From the NCBI GenBank assembly GCA_016748015.1, contig JAAOMT010000681.1:125893-189892 (forward strand): 64,000 nucleotides of DNA, given 5' to 3'. Both the position numbers and the translations under genes were made by a program. Shown piece after piece: positions 26,678-40,905 of the stretch. The notes beneath the pieces were generated by a model. It had not been told where the DNA came from. It was given only the letters and a program-made list of their open reading frames with translations, and made no database searches. This stretch comes from Geosiphon pyriformis uo1 (lineage: Eukaryota; Fungi; Glomeromycota). Position 1 is the stretch's first letter. Every line of letters starts with the position of its first letter.

Positions 26678-26959
26678 CTTTAATGCCAGCAGAGGCTTTT
26701 TTTTAAGAATCCAAAGTGGGTTGAAAAAAAATCTGTTCTAATAATTGACTCGACTTTATTTAAACATTAATCAATTAAAAAAAGACTTATTCTCACTTGA
26801 GATGTACAACTTTTATTGGTAGAGCTGCGCTGCTTGTCACATGACCTTTTTATGATGTGGTCCACTACATTCCAATTTCTTAATAATTCACAAAAGTGTG
26901 TTAATGCAACAAAGCCAAGAGAAAGTGCTGCATATTTTTGATAGGGGAATGTTCATAAC

Positions 26960-27072
26960 AACTGGCACATGCATAACAATATTTTATAGTTTTCAGGCAC
27001 AGCCCTAAAAATAAATCCCTATCAAAGTGGAGGCAAAAGCTCAAATGCTATTGCACTTACCTGATTGGATAA
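26960..27072. repeat. Dispersed repeat, copy 1 (copy 2 at ~35111-35335)
   Basis: CTGGCACATGCATAAC..TAGTTTTCAGG..AATCCCTATCAAAGTGGAGGC..ACTTACCTGATTGGATA is matched by CTGGTACATGCATAAC..TAGTTGTCAGG..AATCCTATTACAGTGGAGGC..ACTTATCTGATTGGATA. Confidence 0.65.
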
Positions 27073-28664
27073 CATGTGATACTCGGATCCCTCGCGATAA
27101 TATTGCTCCCTTGATTTCGTTTTCATTTATAGCTTTGCCAAACATGTAAAATCCAATATATTTTGTTCATTCTTGCACAAATTTGTTTCATATTAACTAG
27201 ATTATTTATTTTAGTTACCAAGTATTTTGATCATATTAGTGTTATGATTATTATAACCAATAGAAAACGAAAGTTGATGAATAGCCATATAAAAAACGAA
27301 TTTCCATGTGATCTCGATTTTAGCTAATTCAAGATATCAGTAAATTTTGGTTTGGCATTCAACAAAGTCATCGATTTAATTTTGATTGTTCCCAAATTTA
27401 TTCTCATGTTGCATTTTTAAAATAGGATGCTCCCTCAAAATTTGAAGGCAATTAAAATTTTTATCACATGCAAATTTGTAAAAAGATTTATAATCTAATA
27501 TCTTTTCTTTCTTTTTAAACTAAACTTTTATCATATTATCTTCATTTTTCAGTCAATGATAATAAACCATTTCTTAAATTAACCAATAATTTTGAAATAT
27601 CAATTCAGTAAAATTACCCTTTTATTAAATATTTTCTTTACAAAATATCAAATTTACTTGCCAACTAAATAATTTATTCTATATTGAGGTAATTCTTTGC
27701 TGTAAAAATTTTTGATAAAGAATTTGTTATTCCATTCATATCTTAAAAATTATCACTTTTAAGCAACTTTATTTTTTTTAAACCCGAATTCAAAAGCTTT
27801 TTTCACAAATTCACTTCGAAACGTGACAAATAAAGAAAAATTTTTCAATTTGTTTTGAGTAGTTGAAAATTTATTATTCATTCAAAGAAAAACGAAATTA
27901 TAATCATCTTGTTCTTGAATTTAAAAAGAAAATAAATAACGTATTTCTGGATTAGGAAATGATCGAGAAAGTAGTCTTTAAAACAAATACTAAAAAAATT
28001 ACCCAAATGTTGTTGTGAATTTTAGTAAAAACAATTTTATTCCTCCATGTACATACATTCATTATAGTGGTAAAATTCATCTAATAATAATAATAAACAA
28101 AACATTACATTCAGATTTATTTCATGTTTTAAAAATAATTTGAAAAACAAGAATTTTCCCTTTAATCCCGATATTATGAGACTACACTTGTTATAATTAT
28201 AAATGTTTATTGTCACACGCTTTATCATTTAAGAAACATTGTACCTGGTACTTTTTTCAAATATGCTTTTGAAAGAATGCTCTGTCTCATCATACCTGAT
28301 ATATCCTTATAACTTTTGAACATTTGATCCTGCTTCAGTGATACACGAGAGACCTATTTTAACTACGACGATAATAATACACACTTCATAAAAGAAGGTA
28401 AAACTTTTACCCAACTTTTCCAAGGTATATCTTCTGTTGTGTTAAAGCGAATTCTCTAAAAGAAGTTGTCCAAAAAACAAAGTAATTGACTCAAAAAACA
28501 AGTGTTTGATTTTTTGGCAGTTGTATTTGATATACATATTACTCTTTTCTCAAGATTCTCTAGTCCTGAATCATAAAATTTTGACCCTCTTTTTCTTAAA
28601 TTTATTCATACTTATCTCAATTATACCTATCTCTTCACTTATCATCATCATCATCATCATCAAT

Positions 28665-31146
28665 ATGGCAAACCCTACCACAATCCAAGTTGCAAAGATA
28701 GTTCCCTTCATACAAAATGCAGCCGATATATGTGGCATAATATTTCAATTGGCAACTACAGCCCAACATAATAAAGCTGTTTGTAAAGCTTTAGCAGAAC
28801 GTGTTAAAGTCAAGCAACAATGGTTAGAGCAAGAAGCACCATCAGGGAAATGTCAAAAGGCATTTGAGAAGTATATTAGTGTCCTAAAAGAAATTCGAGA
28901 ATATATTGTGGAGTTAAGAGCTCCTGGACCTTTTAGTAGTCGGTTCTTGGAAAAGTTACGAAAAAAGTTGGGGCATATGATGTAGGTTTTTTAAAGAAAT
29001 GATATCAAATATTCAATATTTTCTTTCTTTCCTTCTCTAACTTCTTTCTTAATAATGTTCATTAGGTAAAAGCAATGCATGAGGACTTCTTATGGAGACT
29101 AGAGGAGCCTGAAACCGATTTTCATCTTGATTTCGACTCCCACACACATTCAATGGTCTCCAATGCTCAATCAGTAATTTCCGAAACAAACCCTCTAGTT
29201 AAAGAATTAATTCACAAAAAGCATTAACGAGAAGAGAATTTGTTAATCAAGATTGCAATAAGCAATAAAGGCGTTGGTCCTACTCGAAAAGAAATAGAGG
29301 AGGCCGAAATTAACTATGAAGATTTTCGGGACAATGAGACAGAAAAGAATAAACCTGTTTATCGTGGTTTCCCGCAACAAATTCAGAAAAAACTATTTGT
29401 TCCAAATGGAGAGTATGTGGCATTGAAACGTCTTGGGAAGGTGAACAAAATCAAAAAGGAGAATTTAGATAATAATATCTATAAACAGATGGTTTTGTTT
29501 TCCAATTTTCAGAGCTGTACTAGTATTGAAAAGTTGTAAGTTGGGATTTTTATGATCGATCGAACCTTATTTAAACATTGAATTGCTAAATATTTAACGT
29601 GCAATTTTTTTTCATAATTTAGTTATGGAATTACAATAGAATCAAACTTTTTATATTTAGCAACCAAATGGGCCGAATTCGGTGACCTGGAGACGTATCT
29701 ATATAACAACCCGGGAATAAAGTGGAAACGAAAAGCAAAATTTGTCGCCAGTATTTCTAATGCTCTCTCATGGTGTCACTCAAGAGATATTCTTCATCAT
29801 GATATTAGATAGTAAAGAGAAAATATTGAATATTTTTTATTTTGATTGTAATTTTTATATTCTCTGGTTAATAAGATTTCTTTATTTCTTAATTATCCAG
29901 TCATAGCATATTACTCGACGATAATCTCACACCCAAATTAAGCAATTTTGCTATGAGCCGATTCAGTTTAATAGGTGCTGTAATTTTGATTAGTAGCCTG
30001 ACCCCAGGAACGAGGTATTAATTAAATGGAAATTATATTTGAATAATTTAATGTCAAAATTTTAATCTTGGCTCATACAATTACCGTTTTTCAAAAAATG
30101 ATTTCAATGCATAGATGGGCAGCACCACAAAGATTAAAATCGGCTCCATATAGTAAACAAATGGATTTCTATAGCTTTGGCATTATGATGTGGGGAATTG
30201 CAGCACAAGCATTACCATTCACTGATATTTCCTCGATTAACGAGGTAGCACTAGCTATATTTGCTGGTTCTAGGCCATCCCCAATTCCTTTAGACGCTCC
30301 AGCCGACTATTGTAGTTTAACGGAATCAGCATGGCAAGAAGTAGCCATTAGACGCCCTACCATGCAATTTTTAGCAGGTCAATTGTGTTCTCCTGCCGAG
30401 AATTTATGAAACGCAAATCTTCGTCATCTTCATTATTTCACCAAAATAATTCTTCAGAGTTGGGTATTCAAGCTCTGAGATCGAATTCCCCACTACCAGG
30501 AGTTGAAAACTCCGAAGCTATCAATGAAACATCATTAATAAAAATGACGTTTGCAAATTCAAAGGCCGAAATAGATGTCCAAATATCAGAACTTCCAGCC
30601 GTTAAACCGAGGGACCAATTACCCGACTGGGAACATCTAGAAGAAATGATAAAGGAAAATCGTCAAATAAATGAGGTGATGCCATTCATAGAAGTTCACG
30701 CTAAACAAAAAAACTTTTTCGCACAATTCTATGCCGGTAAATTTCTTTATGAAGGTGGTTCAGGGGTTGAACGTGATGAAGATCAAGCATTGGTTTATCT
30801 AAAACAAGCAGCAGATGCTCAATTGCAACCTGGTAGACGACGTTTGATTGCGCGTGCACAGTTTATGTATGCTCATGCATGTTTGAAAGGAAGTAGTTAT
30901 GATCAAACTGCTGGGATGCACTTTTTGAGACGTGCAACGCGAAATCAGGAGCCAAGAGCCTATTTGTTATATGCCCAGATCTTATTGGATGGATTACATG
31001 CCCAGCCGATTGATTTGGACGGAGCTGAAACTTTCTTGAAAAAGTACATGGCAGCTAATCCTCCTGAGATGAAAAATAAACATGTTAAAGGTAAATTCGA
31101 TAATTTAATGAAACGAGTTCAGGTGTATAAAAAACGACAAAGTTGA
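28665..31146 (+). pseudogene. MLKL-like N-terminal helical bundle + TKL pseudokinase + Sel1-like repeats; disrupted
   Basis: N-terminus AQHNKAVCKALAERVK..FEKYISVLKEIREYI. Kinase VALKRL, YGIT..KWAEFGDL, ILHHDIR, PKLSNF, RWAAPQRL, DFYSFGIMMW. Sel1-like AQFYAGKFLYEGGSGVERDEDQALVYLKQAAD. Frameshifts at ~28972 and ~30390, in-frame TAA at 29225-29227. Confidence 0.8.
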
Positions 31147-34100
31147 AAAGGACATCTAAAATTAGCGAAAATATTATTTTTATTTATCTATTTATATACT
31201 TCTAAATTTTCTGATATATGCAAAATATAACCTTTTAAAAATAAATATTTATTTATTCTTGTAAATATTCAAAATGTCTAAAAATATTTTCAGGACTTCA
31301 ACTTATTCTAATGTTTACATGGTGATTAAAATTTTTCCATATGAAAAATGGTAATTTTTTTTACCAGGTTAAATAAAAGAATTTTTCGGATCAAATATGA
31401 GACAAGACATGAGATACTTCCTATAAGTCAAAAGTGTTTTAGAATCTCAAAAAATTATAAAATTGTTTTTTTCGCTGATCCAGTATTTTTAGCCAAGTCT
31501 GTTTTTTATAATTTCATTCTGTTGCTTATTTTTAAATAACAAATTTGCATATTTAAAAAAATAGTCTTAATCAGCCAAAAAAACCTTTCTCGATGAATTT
31601 TTTGAATAAAAACTCCTACAAATCATGTCAAAAAATGATATCCAATTACTTTGCTGGTTATTGGCTTTGAAAAAATTGATGATTTAAGAGTAAATTTGTG
31701 AGAAAAGTTGTTACTAAAAAACCTAATTTTTCCATATTATTATTGACTGCAGTTTTTGCATGAGAAGCATTTTTTCAACAAAACTTTAAAATTAACAGTT
31801 ATATGCTTTTTGTAATTTTATAAACACTAAAGTTTGAGGTTAATAAATATTCTTTTTGAATTAAGTTGCTAAAAAAGGAAACAAAAAATTCGAGTGAATT
31901 TAATAAATTCAAAATGATTAAACAGTAATAATCTTGTGTATTACAATTGCTTTTAAATATGAATTTGACTACATGACATTCAATTTAAAACAAAATTAAT
32001 GGAATGTTGTCTCTTGCCCATATCTAAAATGGGAATTTGTTTCCAAATTATTTTATTGCCATTCGCAAAACGTGTAGCCCAATTTTTGAAAAAACTGTTA
32101 CAATATAATAAACAAAAAAAGTCAAGAAAAGTATGTGGATAAATCATTAATTCTTATAACTACAAATTAAAAATAAACAAATTGTATATTATATAGGATA
32201 TATTGTAAATTAACTTTAGAGAGCTTTATGGTGACAATTGAATACCTAATTTTTCTAATAAAAGTCCGATTTTCTAGACGCAAACTTTTTTTAAGTTAAG
32301 CATTACCATCCCAAATTTTATTCAAACACTTTTGCCAAAAATTTTTCATAAAATTTTCAAATTCTAAAATTTATTTAGCTTTATCATACAGCAATATTAA
32401 ATTTAAAAATTTTTTTAGATGCTTAATTTGAGACAGTTTTTTTTAAAGATATTTTATTTATTGATCTTGTTTAAAAATTTCTAAGATTATAATTCAAGAA
32501 ATCATTTCATATAAGCAAATATTTAATAAACAAATAGTAAGATGCTATAAACTATTTTACAGAATCACATTTTGATAATCAATCTAATTCTATATTTTCG
32601 ATATACCAATTAAATTAATGAAATAATATTAAACAGTTATCTAATCCAAAGAAGTGGAATTGAGAATTTTTTAAAAACCTATCTTAAAAATTTTCATATA
32701 GTTGCTTTGTGCTCAAACATATTACAGACCATCAGCTAGTCATTTTAATTCTTTTATGTAAATGATAATATTCAATTCATATCTTCTAAGAGAGAGAAAT
32801 TTATCTACACCGCCAAAAAAATTTGTCATGATAATTAAAAATTAAAAATTCCTTAGGTATCAAACAATCTACTACACTTTTTACAAATTTTGATATCTTT
32901 CTTATTTATAGAATCATTCTTATTTTATACAAAAAAGTGTCAAATTAATTAAATTTTTACAGTTAATATGATTTTTATAATCAGTCAAGAATTTTTGATA
33001 TTGAAGATCAGCATAACGAGAAATTATTGTCTTTCTCAGAATTGGTGCTAGCACCAAAAATGTGGGAAGAAGTTTATAGTTGTATGAAAAGCAAAATAAG
33101 ATATTATAATGGTAGTAAATCTGTTTTCTAACTGTATTTTTATTCAAATTAATGCTTTTAAAGAATCTTGGTTTACAGGATCCTTATATAATTTAAATTG
33201 TTTTGGGAAAATCAAAAAGAGAATTTAATAAGCATTAGATTTATATTGCTTAGCTCGAGCAAACATATTTGTATAAATATTGTATTAAAATTGATTTACA
33301 TTTAATCCAAAACAAATGTCTTTATGTCAAATCTGCTAACAGATATCAATCTTACTATTAATTTGGAAATCTTTTTTCAAAGTCAAAAATAACTGAATAT
33401 TTTCCAGTCTAAAAATATTCTGATTGATCATTTCATTAATATCTCTTTCAATGGATCTAAAATTCTTAAGTTATGCTTTGATCTATTGACATTCTTAAAA
33501 GAATAAAGTATTTTCAAATATGTCATATTTAACCATTTGGTTTTTTTTTAAATTTGTCTGTTTGGCTATTTGAGACAAGCATTAAAATGACGGTGAATTT
33601 TTTTTAAACTTTGCAATATAAGTTAAATAACTCGAGATATAAGAAAAAATATGCACATGAATTTTTATAGAAAGTAGAACAATTAAATTACATTTTGTTT
33701 TTTTATATGTATTTTAAAATTATAAGTTTGTCTCCAAAAAATTTAAAATTTAATTCAAGCATTTATTTGAAATCAATCTGAATGGCACTTGTTTTTTAAT
33801 AATAAAAAAACAATCAAAAGTAAAAAAGATTTTGAAAAAACTTAGATTAGTTACATCTTAAACCCGAAACTTTTATCTTTTAGTTGATTCATGAACTTAT
33901 AATACACATATTTGTTCTCATCAGTATTATCTTTGATAATAAATTGGTTACAAAGACTCATTTTTAGCTCGATATAAGTAAAATGAAATCAAATTCACCA
34001 GTTTATTCTTATTTCAAGATTTTTAAACGAAAACATATTATAAATGAATTTAAAATCATCTTTATTTTATTAAAACTATTCAATTTGATAAGATAGGAAA

Positions 34101-35440
34101 CTTTTAAAATAAAGTAAAGCGAAAACCAATAAAAGACAAGCTTTATTATTCTAAACTAATAGATATATTAAATTATAATGTGTGTTATTTAAAATTTCAA
34201 TTATTAATTTGTAAAACTCAAATTTTAATGTTAAACAAAATCCATTTTCATCCAAGTAATATTTATTTTATTCAAACTACTGTATTTTGTCAAATAAATT
34301 TTCACAAATTTATACACATTATGACATATAAAACATCAATATTTTGTTGAACTTTTTTTTAGCTTTAATACTAGCATAAATGCAATTCGGCATATTATTA
34401 CATCAGACTTCTTGAACAAAACTTTTAACATCAATAAGATAACTTGGGTCCAAGTTTATTTTTGATATTATGCTAATTTAACTTTATATTTAGGCTTTGA
34501 ACAGTCCAATCCAACATTCAAATTTTGTTTTTAAGGTGCGTGGCTTTGGATTTTCTTGTTAAAACCAAGATAATAAATTTTAATTTCATGTAATTTTTTT
34601 ATTTTACTTTTTTTCAAGTTTTAAAATGATATACAGCATATTATAGCTTAACAAATCTTATTTGTTATTGTATTTTGTATTGTTTTTATTAAAAAAAATG
34701 GTTATAATATTCTGCATGTTTTTGTATAATCCAAAAAAGCACAGGAATTGTATAAAATTAATAAATAATTGTAAAAAATTAAGTATACGTGTATTTGAAT
34801 GAAAAATTGCAAAGATTTTTACAAAAATTATTAAATCGGTTGGAAAGTCTATAACTGGGAGAAGTTTATAATTGATTTTTTAATGTTAGAATTTAGCCAC
34901 CAAAGAATAATGGATGCAAGGGTAAATTGTAGGTGTAACATTTTGAAAAAATAAAATTGGTAGGAAAAGCAAAAAGTTATTTCTAGATAATTTAATGTTT
35001 TTAAAGAAATTTTTGTTGATTTAATTAATTGATTCAAAGGCGCTTTCTTTTGGTGAGCCTTCAATCCTCGTTTTATAGAAAATCTTTTCTATAAAGCAAT
35101 GCTCATAACAGCTGGTACATGCATAACCATCTTTCGTAGTTGTCAGGGGCAATCCCAACAATGAATCCTATTACAGTGGAGGCGTATGTGAAAAGCTACA
35201 TCAAGTTTTTTAGACTGCAAAAAAAGGGAAGGTAACAGTTGGAAAACGCCTAGTTTTGGACAAAATACAGCAGCAAAACAAAAGCTTAAACCCTCCAAAC
35301 TCAATGCATATATCGTACTTATCTGATTGGATACCGCTTTTCATTAATTACTATTTTTTTTTAGAAAACAAGCTTAATGTTTGCGATAACACCATCAGCT
35401 TCGATCATGAGTTCGCACTGATCCGACTAACTGCATTCAT

Positions 35441-35580
35441 TGCCATAAGTTTTCAATAGGATTTAAATCCAGGCTGTTAGCTGGCCAATCTATGACATCA
35501 GGCATATGTTCCGCAAAAAAATTCTTGGATCATTATCTTCCTAAAACTGCCGTTCATTTCCTAATCTCAGGTATAAAATC
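35441..35580 (-). mobile_element. Tc1/mariner DDE transposase fragment
   Basis: The minus strand encodes QF*EDNDPR and, after a shift, VIDWPANSLDLNPIENLW, the WPxxSPDLNPIE signature. Confidence 0.8.
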
Positions 35581-38500
35581 GGCCATCCATAATTCTAGTA
35601 ATCGAATATTTGCCGACTGGGTCGAAATTCTGGATATGTTGATTGGTAGATATCCATGTATTAATATTAATATTCATCTAATAATTGAGGTAAAAAGACG
35701 CTTAAAACAGATAATAATCTTAAAAATTTGGAATTTCTTCATGTTAATTTATTAATAAAATTCATAAAGCAGTTTCTAAAATCGTTTTAATTAAATTGTT
35801 TCTATTAACGCAGTAAAAATTTAAGATAAACCTTACACAAGCGAGAGCCAAATAAATTATATTAAACTTGTTATTAAAACGATCACTGATATTAAAGAAG
35901 AGTTTAGGGCTAGCGAAAACCATTTGAACCTTAGAACTAGATTATGAATTCCAAAGAAATTTATCAATGAGCTATTGAAAGCGACAGAAGTAATTCATTT
36001 TTAGATTTTTATTTAAAATAAAAATAGCCCTTTATAATTTATACTCTCTATTGATTTCTAGTTCTCAAATTTAATTTTTATATCCAGGTATTTTCAATCA
36101 TATAGAATACAACTCTTTGAATTATAATCTTAAAGTTAAAAAATTAGGGAGATTTTAATAATAATTACAGTAGCTAGGATGGCACAATTGATTTTGTTGG
36201 GAAAAATTACATTCCATTTTCTTTATTAATTAAAACATAATAATGATAATGATAGATTTCTTTTAGCCAAAAATATTAATAATTCTTTTGAAACTTTAAA
36301 TATTATTTTTGCAATCCATGAACTCTAAAATATAATAAAAGATTAAAATTTAAAGAAAACAGAAATAATAAGATTTTATTTGTATAATAAGTGAAACTAA
36401 ACCGACTCTCAGGCAAACTATCCCTGCAAAGAATTGTTATGTCGAGCTGGATAATAGAACTATTGCGGTGGATGTTTTTGAAAGCACCTTTAATCAACCA
36501 GATAAAGATTATTTTATTGTCATCGATAATTATTGCGTGAAAGATACACAAGATAATTAGTAGAAATTCAAAACAGGTAGATCAACATTATGGGCAATAT
36601 ATTATATTTATAAAATCTCAATTTTTAATAGTAAAATCAATTTATATAATTTTTTTTTCAAATTTAATACTTTAATATCTTCTATAAATTTTTTGCAAGT
36701 ATAAAATAGCACTATTGATAATTTTTTAAAAGAATAATTGTTCTTCAAAAATCATATAATGAAAGTTATAAAATTTTCGGTTGATTATCCAGATTAAAGA
36801 TGAAAAGATTTATATTAAACTTAACTTATAAAATCAATTGCTTTAGGCTTTTTAAAAATATATTAATTATTGATATAATATAAAAAATAATTTGGAATAT
36901 TAATAAAGAATTAATAAAATTTAATTTAATTTTTGCAAACAAATTTGAAACTTATTTTATTTTATCTGCTTTACTGAGTGTAATTCAACCACTATTTACA
37001 GATTACAGCATATAAATATTCAAACATAAACGTAATTAGTCATTCAAGACTATAGAAACCACTTAATTTCAAAACATTGATTGGTTTTTGAAAGTAAACC
37101 GTTTATAAAATAAATTCTTTAATTTGAAAGTAGTTTTTTTTGAACAGTCATGTTTATAGATTAGATTTTTATATACAAAATTAGTTACAAATTTTTTATT
37201 AGCTGTTTTAATAGCTATTTTTTTAAGCTATTTAATTAAATAAACAATAATAACAATAATGTAAAAAATTTCTTTAATAATAATTAGTAATAGTTTAATA
37301 AAATTAATTTTAATTTGGCTAAATAGTTTTTCAGTTTTAGTTAGTCTCAAAGATTTAATTGATTTTAATTACGGTCTTTTTTTGATAAATATTATAATTT
37401 CAAACATTTTAAATGATATTGATATGTATTTTTGGCAATTAATATAAACTAATTGTTTATTAAATTATAACTTTTTTGTAAAGTATCTCATATTTAGATT
37501 TAAATACATATTATACAGAATAATTTCTTTTTAAGGTTTAATTATTACTTAAAGTATTAAATTATTGTATTTTTAATGATTATTTTTCAAGTAAAATAAA
37601 TTAACAATGAAAAATATTAAATTTGTCTTAGATATAACAAATAATTAACATTAATATTTTTGGTTTTTTTTTTATAAATAATATTGTAAATATAGAATTG
37701 TAAAAATATAACTCATTTACTATATTATTTTTTAAGTAAATTTTTGTTAAAAAGCCAAATAAATCTTTTGTAATTAGTAATAATATCAAATAGTTCATTA
37801 AGAAAATATTATTAAAAATATTTACAGCTTAAACAATTATAATACATTTAATTTTATAAGCAATATAATTTTTTTTAGTAATATTAAAGCCTCTATTAAT
37901 ATAAATAACTATAATTTTTTGTTTTTTTATTAAGCTATAATAAATAATATTTAAACTAGTTTTAAATAAATCAGTTACAAAAATAAATTTTGTTAAAATT
38001 AAATTAAAATTTTAATAACAAGTTTTCAAAAAAATAAAAAATATTAAATTAAAACTTAATTTAAAAAAGTGTTTTTAAAAAATTACAACTTGTTTTTCTT
38101 AAACAGATTATTAAAAAAAATGAATTAAATATAATTTATTCAAAATTAAGAAAGTTAAAAACTTTTAATTTTTCAAAACTTAACAAAATCTTATGAATTT
38201 TTTGAACTTATATTGTATTATTAAATTTGTATAAAATTTTTTAAATCTTTACATTATCTTTTATTCAAAAATATAAAATATAAATAAATTAAAAAACAAC
38301 AAAAAGCTTGAAAATATTTTAAAATAAATAAAATATATTAATATTATTAAAATAAATTATCACTAGTTTTCAAAGTATTTTAAAACAAATAATATTTATT
38401 ATTTTTAAAAGTTATAAAATTATTAGTTAATCTAAAAAGCATAATATTAAATTTATAATTATCTTTTTGTGTAATAATCTTTTTTTATAATTATTGAAAT

Positions 38501-39259
38501 TTTATAATAATTATTGGCTAAAATATCTAAGATTGTATTAATTTATAATTGTAAATACATATCTTTTTTGGTAATATTATTGAGTTTTTAATAATTTAAA
38601 TTTTTTACACAAGCACAATAAATAAAAATTAAAAGCTTATAAATAATTATATAAGTTTGTTTTTTAGCATTTTTTAATAAAATTTAAATTATGTTTTTAA
38701 ATTTATAAATAATATTATTACAATTAACTATAACTAAGTAATAAATGAAATTAAAAAGTAAAAGTTTTAATTATAACAATATAATAGATTCTTAGATTGT
38801 TTTTTTATTATTTTCTTGTTGTTATTTATAATAATATATTCATTCTGGTTTCTTTTATAATTAATAAAAAATTTGTCCAAATGTATTTTCTATTTAATTA
38901 TGTATTTCTATCAAAGTAGTTATAAAGCTATTTTTTGGAGTGTTGATTTGCAATACATAAAAATATTGCTAAAACTTTTTATTTTTTTATGATTTTGTTT
39001 AAAAATATGTTAATAATCCTGATAACAAAAAAAGAAATGATTTTGTTAATGGTTAAAAGCTACAAAAAATATAAAAATTTGCAATTTTAATGTATATTAC
39101 ACAAAAAAAATCATTCATAAAATATAAAGCCTTGGCAATTATAAATAAAAAAAATTGGATCAATATATGATATATTATTTTAAATGGAGAGTTAGCTCAT
39201 CAAGCTCGCTCCTGCAACCAACTGTTATTTAATGATAGTAAGGAAGCAATTTTCACCAA

Positions 39260-39990
39260 CTGATACGGAGTGGCAATTCATATGGGATCAGGAAAGATGT
39301 TAGGGGCCTCGCCACTGCTCAAGCTGAGAATTCCTCAGGTCTTCGAGGGTATTTGAGAATATAGTAAAGGACAAAGTCGACTGAAAAAGAACCGTTGTAG
39401 TATGGAAACCTAAAGTCTGGTTCAACAAGCAAGGAAACAGCTGGTTTGTCTACGTATCTGATGAAAGCTTTGCATGGGGCACTACCGGTTGCGATAAGAA
39501 AGAAACTGTATAATAAGAAATACCACAGCATCAAATATCTTAAATGTGGTAATGTGGAAACCCCGGAGCACACGTTTCTATGTAGCCGCAAGAGTGTCGG
39601 TGGCTACATCATGCTTGGAATTGTGGATGTCCTGGAATGAAACCGGTGCTGATAAATCTGGCATTGGCCGAGACTTAGGTGATTTGGCAAACTCAAGCAG
39701 GGAAGTATCGGATCTTGACACAGTGGATAGGGATGGTACTGATGCTGTCGACAAATTTAAGCCTCTAAATTAGTAAATGAGAGAATTTTTATCCCTGCAT
39801 CGTGATAGGATTTGGATTTCAAGGGTGACGAACCACGCAAATATAGAGAAATTGGGAAAGATAAGGTTTAAGGCTAAAATGCCCCGATTTATGTGGGTAA
39901 GATGTGGCATGTGGCTAGGTCATTTGTGCGCTATGGGTGTATATAGATGGTGGCTAAATTTGGCAGTTTTTTCGGTCAAGTAGGAAGTTT
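39260..39990 (+). mobile_element. 3' fragment of a related LINE (zf-RVT region), not hypermutated
   Basis: STYLMKALHGALPVAIRKKLYNKKYHSIKYLKCGNVETPEHTFLC is homologous to the decayed segments at ~5040-5170 and ~17210-17335. It retains CpGs. Confidence 0.7.
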
Positions 39991-40373
39991 GTTAATGTAG
40001 TGCAGTGTGGTTTGTTGTGCGATCCACATTTAATGTATGGTACGAGAATAGTTGGTGGTTGGATTACACCGGAAATGCAAGAAATTTTTTTTTTAATATT
40101 CATCAATCAAGATTTATTTGGGATAAGTTATAGTTTCAATTGTGGAGTTATTATTGTATACTTTGAAAATTCTACTGCATTAAAGGCTTGCGGTAATTAA
40201 TATACATTATAGGATATCAATCTTTATATTTATTTGTGGTTGCGATTGAAATGACTTTTTAAGATCTCGTTGATAGTTTTAATTTCTGATGATAAAAACT
40301 GTGGTCGTCTCAAGTTTATCAAAACGTAGACTTCGTTTTTAAGTAAAAACTTTTTGAATATTTGATCGAAATC

Positions 40374-40830
40374 ATGAAATATCAAAAGCTCACTCTCGGT
40401 GAAATAACATTAATTTTCATTGCCTGCCTTCTTGTTTTATCGATCGACGGTTTTGCATTTCCTGGTAAGAGTAATTTTGTCTACTCAGCATTAATGACCC
40501 ATAATACGGAATTTAAGAATCATTTTTTTATCAAGAATATGTAACACAATGCGACCCACCACCAACCTGCAATAATCCGTGTGAAGTTGTTCGTTGTGGA
40601 TCCCTCAAACCAATGTGTGTATCGGTTCCCGCAGAGGATTGCCAGTCATGCCCCACAGCTGCTTGCGTGAGTTCTGGTAAGTTAAGGGAAAACTTGATCT
40701 CAACAAATATAGTAAGTCATGATAATATAACAAATTGATTATAGACGAGCCTGAAGAAGGACCTAAAGGCTGGAAACCTGAAAAAACCCCTAAAGGCTGG
40801 AAAATTGGCAATCCCCATTGGAGTTGGTAA
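40374..40830 (+). CDS. Small secreted 8-cysteine protein (paralog 1)
   Basis: Exons 40374-40464, 40536-40676, 40745-40830 with canonical phase-1 GT-AG introns. Product MKYQKLTLGEITLIFIACLLVLSIDGFAFPEYVTQCDPPPTCNNPCEVVRCGSLKPMCVSVPAEDCQSCPTAACVSSDEPEEGPKGWKPEKTPKGWKIGNPHWSW*. Confidence 0.8.
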
Positions 40831-40876
40831 CAAATTATTATGAATTTCCTGGTTAGTCTCAATAGTAGAAAGAAAT

Positions 40877-40905
40877 AGAGAGAGAGAGAGAGAGAGAAAG
40901 AGATA
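40877..40905. repeat. (AG)n microsatellite
   Basis: Direct reading of the sequence. Confidence 0.9.

Noticed and set aside
32600-34700. Possible decayed element or gene
   Set aside because: No diagnostic motif or termini were recoverable by eye.
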